Positions 1-11,386 of a DNA stretch of 42,947 nt are shown here, one piece after another. Position numbers and translations under genes: made by a program. The notes under the pieces were generated by a model. It did not search any database and was not told the origin of the DNA. It saw nothing but the letters and a program-made list of their open reading frames with translations. The DNA is taken from positions 1-42,947 of the forward strand of contig CAJFCJ010000194.1 in the NCBI GenBank assembly GCA_904063045.1, read 5' to 3'. How positions within the stretch are numbered: position 1 is the stretch's first letter; each line of letters opens with the position of its first letter. Origin of the DNA: Dimorphilus gyrociliatus (lineage: Eukaryota > Animalia > Annelida).

Positions 1-1
1 C

Positions 2-599
2 ACCCGAAGTGATGAAACTGGAACTCAAGCTAGAACTCCATCCATTGTTACACCTCACCCTGATTTTGTCAATGATGGAAGTTTAGGATTCCCTAATGAT
101 GTTGGTGTCATGAAATTTGATGATGCTATCAACCTTTCTGGCAATGTTGCTGCTGCTACACTTGTTCCATCAAATGTTGGAACTTTAGCTGGACAAGCTT
201 GTACTATTTCTGGTTGGGGTCGTACTGCTGGTGGAGCTCCTTTGGCCAACATTCTCCAAAAGGCAGAAACCCGTGTTCTCTCAACTGCTGAATGCCAAGC
301 ACAAGGAATTCCTCAAGCTGATGATGACATACACATTTGCCTAAACAATGATGTTCAAACCACTAATTCATGCAATGTAAGTTTTAAATACTAATGTGAA
401 CTTTTAATAAATGTGCATATAATACTATTACAGGGTGATTCTGGTGGCCCATTGAACTGTCCAATTGGACCTAAGAACTCTATGCAAATTGCTGGTATCA
501 CATCTTTTGGTATCATCTTCTGTCCACCAAACAGACCAGCTGGATATGCCTGTGTTTTCCTTTTACCATCAATGGATTGAAGACAACATGACTGATTAA
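2..599 (+). CDS. S1-family (chymotrypsin/elastase-like) serine protease, 3' part; intron 377-433; 1-nt frameshift near 555-558
   Basis: Frame 2 reads HPDFVNDGSLGFPNDVGVMKF...CTISGWGRT...LQKA...C...HIC...NSCN. A 57-nt GTAAGT..TACAG intron follows, then GDSGGPLNC...IAGITSFG. The catalytic Asp and Ser motifs are present and the His lies upstream of the window. Asn at the 189-equivalent position means non-trypsin specificity. Removing one T at about 555-558 restores VSFYHQWIEDNMTD*. AATAAA follows the stop. Confidence 0.9.
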
Positions 600-959
600 A
601 TATATTTCAAAATAAATAAATTCATTGTTGAAATAAAAGGAAAAAGTTTTACAAGCAAAGAATGCTTTACTTATTATTGCTTCTTGTGTTTTGGAGGGAA
701 GAGATTCTGAAAGTTATAGGAAAGTATGCTAATAGCATGACTTTGTTTAAAATTTATAAAAAGTAGGACAAAATTGTTCCATACTCTCAGGAAAACATTA
801 CTCTTTATCTATCTCTAATAGTATTACAATTCTGTTCCAGTACGCTAATCAGTACACTACTTAATAATGTATCAATATTTTTTTTATATGTGATTGTACG
901 CTTATTGACTAGTAGATATTTGGTGTTTATTGTCTAAATATTCTGATAAGTTGCAAATA

Positions 960-1340
960 CTAAATAAATCATCATCTTTTGATGTTAACAATACTGAAGG
1001 CTTGTGTGGAACATTTAATAATAACAAATTAGTTGATTTTGAAAGCAGAAATGATTCTATAGTAGATGAATATGATTTCCATTCATCTTGGAGGTAATTT
1101 CAATACTCTTTTTAAAATTTATCTCTAATTGTTCTAATTTTGTTTTCAATAAAGTAAATGAAACAGATTCCATAGAAAGGGGAAAATGTCCAAAAACATT
1201 GGAAAATGAACCAAAACAATTTTTCAATGTTTCTTGTAATTGTCAACAAGATGGGAATGATTTTTACCAATCTTGTGGATCTAACATTGAACGAAAGAAC
1301 TGCATGTCTCTAAGTATAAATATCAAGTGTTATTTTCATA
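960..1340 (+). pseudogene. VWD-domain (VWDE-like) gene fragment
   Basis: NTEGLCGTFNNNKLVDF...YDFHSSWR matches the VWD C-terminal GLCG.FN...F..SW motif. It is followed by a GT donor and a Cys-rich segment (CNCQQDGNDFYQSC...NC). I could not find a clean in-frame acceptor. Confidence 0.5.
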
Positions 1341-2713
1341 GACTTGCTAATTATTTAATATTTTTTCAGATTTTCTAAATGGACTTGATTATATAAGATT
1401 TTATCCTTGTGACACTCCAATTCCTGAATAAATTATTACATTGAAATTTATTACTTACACCAATCTCAATTGGCATATATCTATGCTTGGTGTTTCTGTG
1501 ACAATGTGTTAACAAAATATAGTTACCTAAAAAAATAATAAAAAAAAAATATACTTGTAAATTTTCGGTTTATGGAGAAAATATCCACAAGAGAAAACTT
1601 CCATAACCTAGGAGAAAACATCAACAGCAATTTTTTATATGAAGAATGGTTTAGAGATTAATATTTGAATGAAAATATGAAAAATTAGAGAAAAAGATGT
1701 GTAATATTTTATTCATGTAATAAGATATGTCTAATATAAAAGAGATAACTACAAAACATGTATAAACTACCAGAATATGAATTTCAAAAAATTTCTAAGT
1801 TTTTTGTAACCAGCTATATTTTTTGGAAATATTTTTGAATATTTGGAAAGGACATTGATTGATATCTGACAATTATTTTTAAAGTCTTTTTAAAGCTCAA
1901 GAATTATAATTACTATGAAATAACACTTTTTCTAAACTTCCACCATTATAATTCGTATGAAATAAAAGTCATTCTATAGTTCCTTCATTATAATTGCTTT
2001 CTGTTCTGCTGTCAAGCCCTAAAAAAGAAGAGAATTATGGCATTTATCAAAGATAATAGGAAAATAATCCAGGTAGTTTTGGAAACTGGATCTTCAATAA
2101 TGATTCAAATCAGTTAATAAATTTAGCATTAGTATATGAGGAAGAAGTATATCTGATTAATGCATGTTAAGAACAACAGTATGGTGTATCCAACACTGTT
2201 GAATAGTGAATACAATCTATACTTAGAATTTAAGCATATTCGACATTTAATTAAACTGCTTTTAGTTCAAAATCATAAATGGTAATATTAATGTTAGATT
2301 GCAAATAGCAATATTCTGTCTATAATTTAACAGGTTTTATTGTCAATACTCATTATATACGCACTTCCCTATGCAAAAGTAGATCAATACTGATTATTTT
2401 TATCAGGGCTATCTGCAAAATGCAATATTGGTTCAATACTACTTCTATATTGTAGAGTATAGCTGAAAAATGTATGTTCACAAATTGAAAAAGAGATGAG
2501 TTTTTTATTGATAAATCATGTGAGAAAGTTCTTATGACCTTTTTTAATATTAATGATGTGCACTTAGAAACATCAACATAATAATATTTAGACTTAGATA
2601 TTATAGAACTTTAGAAAGGCTTTTATTTTGTAGGAAACATATTCTTTGACCAAAACAGATGTTGCATCATAGAATTAACAATGGAACAAATAATATAGAA
2701 AAAATGGGGAGCA

Positions 2714-2803
2714 GGTGAAACCATACCTGGGTTAAACCATACCCACTACAGGGTTAAACCATACCCAGGTTAAACCGTACCCATAAGGGGGTTAAACCGT
2801 ACC
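2714..2803. repeat. Five imperfect tandem copies of GGTTAAACCRTACCC; probable complex terminal repeat of a MULE/foldback element
   Basis: The motif is directly visible five times, about 120 bp upstream of a FLYWCH remnant. Confidence 0.75.
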
Positions 2804-2924
2804 TATTGTTAATTTAATATATATGTCCTAATATTACATATATATTATATATGTGTGTGTGCACAACATGTAACAAAAGAAAATGTACTGTTAACCTTAA
2901 GAAGTTAACTAATCTGGAAATTGA

Positions 2925-3420
2925 CTAATACAAAAGAAATAATAAGAGCTTATATGATGACATAAGTGATCCTGCTGACATTAAGGATTCAACATTGGAG
3001 AATGAAAACCCTGTACATTCAGATAGCCAATCAATGGACCTAGACCGTTTGGAAGAAGTTGAGGGAAATGCAGAAAATGATTGTGATTCAATCAGAAAGA
3101 ATGATTTTGAGATTGTAAAAAGAGGAAGCAGAAACGGATGAACCATTTTACTGAATGATAGATATTCTTTTGTTGTAGAAACACTTAGAACTACATTTTG
3201 GGTGGGCAGTGTGAGAAATATAAAAAAAAGATGTGTAGCTAGAATAAGACAACATGGAAGCATAATTACTAAAGGTAATCTGGAGCATAATCATAAGAGA
3301 AGAGATAATTTAGAAGTAGATGTTAAAGTAAAAACAGATTTGAAAGTATTTGCAAAAGTGATAACAAAGCATTTAACAGAAGCATTGCTGAAAAACTTCT
3401 AATTAATGCTAAAAATCTTC
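2925..3420 (+). mobile_element. FLYWCH zinc-finger N-terminus of a MULE (Phantom-like) transposase, degraded
   Basis: Reads FEIVKRGSRNG*TILLNDRYSF...TFWVGSVRNIKKRCVARIRQHG...GNLEHNH, the FLYWCH W.C..C.A..HNH pattern with one Cys lost. It has an in-frame stop and is truncated where the env-like region begins. Confidence 0.7.
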
Positions 3421-3739
3421 CTGAAATGAATTACTTAAAAAGAGTATAACTAACTTGTATTTTCCTATATACTGCTTGTGTGAAATGAAACATACAGGTT
3501 GAAATTCAGAAATGGGATATATTTTTCATAATGCTTTTCTTTTGGGTGCTCATCATTTATACTGTCCCATCATTCCAACAGTTACTTTTTTTACACTGCC
3601 TTGTTTTCCAAATTTTGTCTGGTGATTTTTGTTATATTGCAAAAACTTTCTAACTGGTTATCCTTTTCTGATAAAGAATGGAAGAGAAACTTGTTTACCA
3701 AAGAAGTACACCTAAAATGTGCAATTTTCTCTTCTTTGA

Positions 3740-5938
3740 GATAAACCACCATTATACTTTTGTTCTAACCAACTACCAAGCCAGGCATTTGATCTAGCAG
3801 ATGAGCCGACTTGTAATATAGAATCACAAGAAACCAAGACAATTACAGCTGATATCTATGAATTGAACTTGGAAGAAATTGAAACAAGAGCAGTAAAATG
3901 TCAAGTGTATCTAAGAACTAACTTTTACACTTACTATTTCTTTGGAGCAAAGAAGAGGAGAATTGTTAACTCAGTTATTAAAGTAACTCATGATCAATGC
4001 AGACAGATGGTAAAAGACAAATGATCTTCTCAAGGAAAACCTTTAATGGTGAAAAGAAACACTTGGATCCACCAAGATCAGTTTCCTGCTGCCTACACAT
4101 GGCCAACAACTACCAAGGTGCTGGAATACACCACAATTATCCAGTTTGGAAAAGCATATTGGCAACCTCCTAATATGAAAATTACAACCAATCTGGACTA
4201 CCTGGAAGATTGTTTACCAGGGCAGTCCTATTGTGAAACAGAAGAGGCAATTATTGTCTTTAGAAACCTCAAGAATAATTACACACTTGGGCAACAATCA
4301 CCATGGATAAAAATTAGCAACAGAATTAGTTGTATGAAATTTGCTGGTCACTATTCTTGTCCAGGGTATTCTATTCTGGACATCCCTTATCAAGACAAAT
4401 TCATTGATGGAATTGGTGGCCCTGGAACAAAAGTGCTAGTACCACTGGAGGAACAGAGTTTAATACAGGAAACAAGCAAGGAACACCTATACAATTTGCT
4501 ACAATATCAAAACATTGGAAAAAATGAAGAAAAACAACTATTAAACTACCCCAATAAAGTGAAAGAACAAATTATACTATACAAGAGAAACAGCCCCTTA
4601 CCAAGTCTTAACCAATGGTGTAGAGAAACAAACACAAAGTATAAACTGATGAGAAATAAAGGCACACTCAAGGAAGTTGTGATATATCATCTACAACAAC
4701 CCATTAGTCCATCTTACTGGGAGCTGGATAACTATTATATCCAAGAAATGCTGCAACCAGCCAATTGGACAAGGGCAACAAGACAATCTGTTACGATTTC
4801 AAAATATGTATACATTGAGAAAAGAATCAAACAGAAGGTATTACCAACATTGGGCATATGGTATAAAGGACCACCAGCCAGAGAATTTAAGATTACCCAT
4901 GAAGGAATTTATTTCACTCTACACATGCGAATGGCTAAAAAGCAGATGAAGAAGGAAGCAAAACTGAAACATAATATAAGTAAAAACCCATACCACAAAT
5001 TCCCATTGGAAATGAGAGAAGCTGCCCAAACATCTACCTTACTACATGGCATTGATTCAAATTTTAAGAATTTAAAAAAGTTTACCCAACAGCTGTCAAG
5101 TCTTCTCTGCAATCAATTTGTTCAAAGAAGCAGGATGATGGCATTACTAGCAAATTTGGATCCTCAATTGACCACAGTGTTAACAAATGAGTTGGGAATG
5201 CACAGTAGTCAGATGGGAGAATTAGCTATAATTAAACAATGTTCACCAATAGCCTCAACAGAAGTAGTTTGTGACTTAAGTGTGATAAAAAAGAATAACA
5301 AATATTCTCAATTTTTACTTGTCACCATGAACAACCTGCTTTTCCAAGTAGAACCAGTTACTCATGTTTTACAGCAAGTCAATCCTGAAGAGATTACCTA
5401 TAATGAGTGTAAGTTTAACAAGTTATTCTACAAAACAACTCACAACCCATTAAATCCTATAAGAAACCAACCAATGAAAGACAAAACATATGTGTATTAT
5501 TCAGAAAGAGGATGCAGATTTCACACTGTGTCTGCAAAATCCATGCAGTTAAATATCCACAATCACCTTTCTGAACCAAAAATTGAAATTGCTAGATTAG
5601 CTGATCTACTCCACCATGGGGTAAAGAAGGATATTGCATACCAGCACTCAAAAATTAAGCAAGTTATCAGTTCACTGGAACAGAAGCAGGCAAGGTATGA
5701 CAACATGGTCACTGTTGCAGAGAAAAATGGCATTGTACCCAATTTATCTGGAATTAAACAGTTTTTCCATAGTTGGTACTATAAACCTGGGAAAACACTT
5801 TATGTTATCATACAAAATATTTGTTTGAGTATTGTAGTGTCAATGGTATGTATCATCATTTTCAACTATATTATTGGAAGAAGAAAACAAAGAGAAGAAA
5901 CTGCTACCCCAAGTGAGGGCACAGATAACTCAGCTTGA
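3740..5938 (+). pseudogene. Retroelement envelope-like glycoprotein (class III fusogen, gB/chuvirus/rhabdovirus G-like) with C-terminal TM helix
   Basis: The 630-aa ORF 4046-5938 extends upstream in the same frame past a TGA at 4022-4024 to another TGA at 3737-3739. The N-terminal part reads AVKCQVYLRTNFYTYYFFGAKKRR...VTHDQCRQMV. The C-terminal part has LANLDPQ...QMGELAIIKQCSPI (like gB INP...lGDv..v..C..v), a predicted helical region, the TM ICLSIVVSMVCIIIFNYII and a short tail. There are no introns. Confidence 0.75.
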
Positions 5939-5967
5939 AGGCTAATCTTTGATTACCAATAGAGGTT

Positions 5968-6401
5968 TGGCCAAGTTATAATTTAATTAACTTGCCTAGG
6001 GTGTGGCCAAGTTATAATTCAATTAACCTTCTAAATGTTGAACATTGTAACATCCTGTTACTAAAGATAAATATGAACTACACATTTTGGCAACTGTAAA
6101 GTGATGATTGGATGTCAGAGGCAAAAACCTCACTATTCTCATTTGGTAGGCAGTTTCCATCTGGACCCAAGGACCTGGGAAAATCATCTGGAAACAACCT
6201 CCACTGGAACCATCCATCTACTCCTCAACATTAGAAGACAGTTTGGTAATTTGGCAACCTGCTTTTACAAACTATCTACTCTGCTATCAAACTCTCATAT
6301 TGTTACTTGCTTAAGTGTTATTATTGCGAATAAACTGTTTTAATTTAAACATTTGTTTAAAGGTTTGAGTAGAACCAGTATTGTTATAACTTCCAAATGC
6401 A
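5968..6401 (+). mobile_element. LTR-like terminal segment downstream of env
   Basis: It follows the env stop directly and starts with a ~38-bp tandem duplication (TGGCCAAGTTATAATT.AATTAAC x2). AATAAA is at 6329-6334. Homology to the inverted copy at 22351-22739 ends at CA 6400-6401. Exact LTR start, PPT and TSD were not resolved. Confidence 0.55.
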
Positions 6402-6426
6402 TAGACTTTGCCAGCAACAGCAGTAC

Positions 6427-7448
6427 ACCCTTTTTCCAAGGTATAATTGCTTAAAATGGATTTTATAAAAGAAAACCAATTTTTTGATAATTTTTTTGTA
6501 AAGAATACTAGTTTATAATATTAATCATTATTATTACCAATTAAAAGTTCAGTGTATCTTAATATCAAAACTAAAAATTTTCGAAGGTGTAATATCTAAA
6601 TATGGGAGTGGGAAAACTCGTCCCCTTTTTGTAAGATCAAGTTTTATCATTTTTAAAAGAAATAAAAAGAAAATTGTATATAATATAGTTGATGACAAAT
6701 AAGATATTTATCAGAGTTAACAACTAAACACAACATAAAAATGCTAAATATGTGAAAATCTCAATGGGAAATTTAAAGATAATGTTCTACATCATTCTTC
6801 TAAGTTGCTTACTCCTATTTCAGGTCTTTTTGGACCAGTGCTTACCTGCAACCCCCAGCATGAAAGTACAATAACATAAAACAAGTTTTAATGCTATTGT
6901 TATGGAAATTTCATTTTTCAATATTAAAAATTTTTCAATATTTAAATGTTTTGTTATATTACAGAACAGGGCTTTTCCTATTTTCATATTAAACTATCAC
7001 TGTTGAACATTGTTCACCTAGATATAATGATAGATCAATATTTAGATTTTGGATATAAAGGTACAAAGTAGGGGATTTGTTAATTAAAGAATCTTTAGAC
7101 TATATGTTATTGCTTTGTCAGGTTTATTGATTATAAATTTTAGAAATATATATTTTTAACTATGATTTCATATGTAAAAATAATCTTATTGCTTTAATCT
7201 TATTGTGTAAAAGCATAAAAGGTTGAAATTGGGAAATATTAAAGACTTATTGATAGGGTGCTTTAATAGCTCACGTGTTGTCAAGGCACTACTTGACTAA
7301 CACTGATTAAATAGTCTTCACTGTTAAGCAGGAGGTAAAAAACAGTAATTTTGTTTTCACATTTCCAAGCTTTTCGTTTCAAATATTAAAATTTAGTTTA
7401 AATTAAAATATAATAGAAACAATTAATATCTAATTAGAGGATTCGTAA
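6427..7448 (+). repeat. Left arm of a ~1.02-kb inverted repeat (partner 12669-13689)
   Basis: It is the reverse complement of 12669-13689 with only a handful of substitutions and 1-nt indels seen (about 99% by eye). The terminus is ACCCTTTTTCCAAGG. It is non-coding. Confidence 0.95.
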
Positions 7449-7599
7449 AAAGGTACATTAGAAAGACTTGTTTTTTGGTAGGAATATAATGACATACCAA
7501 TTTTTAGACTTTAGATAACTTCTATTGCTTGGATTATTCACCTATTATCTCTGATTAATGCCATAACTCTACCTATTTTTAGGGATTGGCAGATAACAT

Positions 7600-7770
7600 T
7601 GACAAATGAGAATTTTCAAGACTAGGTTTTGGATTGAAAAGGGCTAAGGAGGAGGAAGATAGCAACTGCTTTCTAGTTATGGGAGTCTCATCTAAGGCTT
7701 AGAGATAATGGGAAAGGCTAAGTATAGCCAAGGGCTTGGTTAGGGTAAAAGCAATGTTTTGTGGATGTTT
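7600..7770 (-). mobile_element. Diverged copy of the CCCTAA-containing MITE family
   Basis: GGGAGTCTCATCTAAGGCTTAG...GGTTAGGGTAAAA resembles the family core GGGGGTCCCATCTAAGGG...GGGTTAGGGTAAAA. The ends are eroded. Confidence 0.5.
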
Positions 7771-8221
7771 TTTGTGTGCATTCTTATTTTTATTGTTACT
7801 ATATAAAAAAATCTTTCATGTAATTCTTTATTTATCTAATTATAGTAATATAGCAAAATAGTTTAGGACCTTTTAAGCATTATCTCAAGACAGTTTTTTA
7901 TAATTGAAAAGTTCAAGTCTGTCTACCCTTGATTGGCAAAGTCTATCTATTTTCTGAAAAAAGGGAAAAAGGACTTTTTAAAACATTCTCTGTCACATGA
8001 AGCTGGTAAGAGATTTTAGTTCTGTAAAACTGCTTTGATAGCCAAAATAGCTATGATCAATAACATTTCTACAAATTGTGTAGGCTGACAATGACAAGTT
8101 CATTTGAATAATTTTTATGCAATTTAGTGTTCTACATAATCAAATAAAATTTTATTAGACATTGTTCACAATTTTTAAATATCTAGTGCTATTCCTGAAT
8201 TTTCTTATAAGTGACCAGGAT

Positions 8222-8428
8222 GGATACGACAGAAAACATCCCCAAATTTATGGTTTAACCCTAACCCTAACCTAGCCCTTGTCTCTCTCTAACGTTTTTG
8301 ATTACTCCTAACCCTTAGATGGAACCCTCCTAACTACAAATCAAAAGCTACTTTACTCCTGCTAACCATTTTTCAAACCGAAATCTTGCTTTCAAAAATC
8401 TCACTTGGGGACATTTTCTGTTGGCCCC
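8222..8428 (+). mobile_element. Mutator-type MITE with internal telomere-like (CCCTAA)n
   Basis: Imperfect TIRs GGATACGACAGAAAACATCCCCAA / TTGGGGACATTTTCTGTTGGCCCC. Flanking direct repeat GACCAGGAT (8213-8221) / GACCAGGAC (8429-8437) gives an 8/9 match to a 9-bp TSD. Confidence 0.8.
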
Positions 8429-8852
8429 GACCAGGACAATGACTGTGTCTATGGCTAGTTATAAAAGTGCCTAAAATTTAATATCATAAAAATTTGCTTT
8501 TTAAAACTTTAAATATCGTAGTAAGATTCTAAATATAGGTGTCATTGTTATCAATTGTTGCATATTAAAATTTTGAGTTCAGAATCTGTTCCTCAGTGAA
8601 TAATCATTATAATATATTTACTCCGTATATATTAAGAGTTATTGAAATATAAATTATACAAGAAACATACAGTTGTTAGTTTGCTTTGCCGTGACTGGCA
8701 ATCAAATTTGAATATAAAGCATAACAAAAAAATCCTTTATAATAGATATTATTAGTCACTCTGAACATAGATATATCTATTTTAAGTAATTTTTCAGCTA
8801 CCAACTCAGTCTAAAATATTTTTGTTCACTTTTTGTTTACTTTTGAAAAAGG

Positions 8853-9984
8853 ATGTTTTTAGCAAGAAGATATTGTATTTTTGTTGCTTGTATAATAGTG
8901 AGTCTATATGGAATAATAACACATATCAAGAAAGAACACTGTGATAAATGTATTTATTGGAATGATTTTAATGATAAAAGAGAATTAAAGACTAGTCAGG
9001 TATTTAAAACAATTTCAGAAATTAATCAGTAATTGTTAAGAATAATTTTCTAAGCAGAAAAAATATATTAATTTGGATTCAACAGAATTATATATCTTAT
9101 GTATACCTGAAAAAGGATTTGCTAATACAATAAGGACAATAGCATCTTGTAAAATTCTATCTGAAGTCTTGAATAGAACTGCACTAATATATTCAAATAT
9201 TCCAAATGAAGACTGCCCCATTAATACATATTTTACTCTCGAATCTATTAAAGTTGTTAACAAGTATGAATTGGGAAATCATACATTTCCTATTCATAAA
9301 CTTCTTTATTCTAATGTAAAAACTATTAAAAAACTAATGGCTAAAAAGGAAAAAATTTTTGGTATAAGAAGCCATAATTTTTTTTTGAGGTTAAACACAT
9401 TGTCAGAACTTCTTCCACTCTCAACAGAGAAATTCAAGAAAACAAAATCAAATATGGCCCTGTTTTTAGAATACTTTGAGAAACTGTTTAAACCAAAGGG
9501 ATTACTGTTAAATCAGCTTCAGACCCATATAAACATTTTTAGACAATACAAAAGGGTTAAATGTATTCAATTAAGAACTGGCTGGACTGAAGCTAATCAC
9601 CCCAGGAAATGGACTGAGAAATGTATTCAAAATGCTTTAAATCAAAAAACACTTAGATTTTCTAAAAATTACACCTCTTCAATTGTATATGTTACACTAG
9701 ATAGCTTTGTCTGGAAGAAATATATAAAGAACATTCTTAAATATCCAGTCTATTTTGTAAATGGCACACCAGGGCACTTCAGAGATGAAAAGAATACTTG
9801 TAAATCAATTTTAAATATTTATATAGAATTCTTTCTGTTGGGACAGTGTCACGAGGCCTGTATAACTCATGCTTCAACATATGGAATGTATGGAGTTGCA
9901 AGAAGTGTTGCTAGTGAGAGTGTTTCAGTAATGAAATGTTTGAATGGTAGTTATATCCAGAAACATAGTAGAATAGGAATTTAA
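8853..9984 (+). CDS. Fucosyltransferase-like type II membrane protein A (alpha-1,2/1,6-FucT/NodZ-like GT-B fold), 2 exons: 8853-8999 and 9055(or 9058)-9984, about 358 aa
   Basis: Exon 1 MFLARRYCIFVACIIVSLYGII is a signal anchor. A phase-0 GT-AG intron joins it in frame to ORF 9073-9984. Motifs: GFANTIR...ILSEVLNR, CIQLRTG (motif I HVRRGD-like), VYVTLDS (motif II), EFFLLGQC...STYG (motif III). Confidence 0.75.
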
Positions 9985-10235
9985 AGATATGAATTGATTT
10001 TCTTTTCATTAATTTTTAATTGTCTCACATATCATAGGAATAATATTTTGATATTTAAATATATTATTATTGTTTCTTTTAAATTTACTGACATCACATA
10101 AAAAATAAATTTTATCATTTTTATTTTTTACCATTGACCAGTTTTGAGTTCTTTAATTGTCAGTTGGAAATTTTTTATATAGATATGAATTATTATGATG
10201 TTATATTGTAATTCTACTATAGGCCAATATGTTAT

Positions 10236-10442
10236 GGATGTTGTAGAAAACGGCCATAAATGTATGATTTTACCCTAACCCTAACCCAGCCCTTGTTTTT
10301 GCCTAACCTTTTTGAATACCCCTAACCCTTAGATGGGACCCTCCTAAGAACATATCAACAGTTATCTTATTCCTCCTAACCATTTCCCAGGCTGAAATCT
10401 AACTTTCAAATATTTCATTTATGGCCGTTTTTGACTGGTCCC
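10236..10442 (+). mobile_element. Mutator-type MITE with (CCCTAA)n, same family
   Basis: Perfect subterminal inverted repeat AAAACGGCCATAAAT / ATTTATGGCCGTTTT, with internal TACCCTAACCCTAACCC and TAACCCTTAGATGGGACCCTCC. Confidence 0.8.
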
Positions 10443-10597
10443 ATGACATACTATTCTAAAGAAAGAATTTAGCAGAGAAAAAGTTTCACAATATAAAATA
10501 TACTTAAATAAGAAACCACTGAAGGTACAAAAGGTATTATTTGTCTATAGAAAATATTGCATTACTCATTTTCTATGCTTGCTTTTTCTGTCTGCAG

Positions 10598-10740
10598 GAA
10601 ATTAAAAGAATGACTGATGATTCAAAGCCAGAGGAGGTAGTTGTTGATTTTGAAAAAAGACTCTGGAAAGCTCTGAAATCTATTTATCCAGCAGTATTCA
10701 TAAGAGGGTGTGCATTTCATTGGAGCCAGGCTGTGTAACC
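10598..10740 (+). mobile_element. MULE transposase fragment
   Basis: After a TTTTTCTGTCTGCAG acceptor the sequence reads EIKRMTDDSKPEEVVVDFEKRLWKALKSIYPAVFIRGCAFHWSQAV, the MULE DFE...GC.FH..QA motif. Confidence 0.8.
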
Positions 10741-11386
10741 TAACCCAAACAAACAATACAAAAATGATAAATAATTGTATAATCTTGTAATATTCAATAA
10801 TCCAATTCAATACAAATGTTATAATGTAATAGCATTACATAACTTAGACAAAACTGGTAAAAACATTACAATATATATACCTTTCAAAAATATTAATATT
10901 TTATTCTATAAATAAAGTAAACAGCAAGAGAAAAATGTTTCTGATTATAAGTATCAATAATTATGCCAAGTATATCTTTAGCCAGGCATAGGACATTTTT
11001 TCCTGACCCCGAAAATCCTTTTTGCTTTTAGGTAAGCAGTATAGATCCAACAGTGTAATAACTGGAGCAGGTGGAAAGCTGTAACAACTAAATGGGAATT
11101 GGCTTATAACAAAACTGAAACAAGACAATAAAATTTTTAGTCTCTGCAATGTCAAATATCATTTTGATATTATCCACTGTTTATCTGCAATATCTGATTA
11201 GACTACATTCTAAGAATATTTGGGCGACTTTTAAATAGGCTCACATTGTAAAGAATAGTCAGAATTGTAATAAACCATAAAAAAGTATTTTTCACTATGA
11301 ATAATAGCTCATCTTTATATATATATTTTTGAAGAACACTTTGTTGAGAACTTGAACACAATGAGAAGTTTTTTTGGAGACATTTC

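Noticed and set aside
2714-2803. Short repeats with variable spacers as a CRISPR array
   Set aside because: Eukaryotic context, spacers of only 0-7 nt, and no cas genes. They fit MULE terminal arrays. The same applies to 16795-16855 and 29645-29720.
6427-6445. Arm terminus CCCTTT...AAAGGG as a piggyBac end
   Set aside because: The left flank is not TTAA, the third copy is followed by GTTAG, and the other flank is in a gap.
8255-8275. CCCTAA runs as true telomere or telomere-fusion relics
   Set aside because: Only 2-3 units, always inside a TIR/TSD-bounded MITE.
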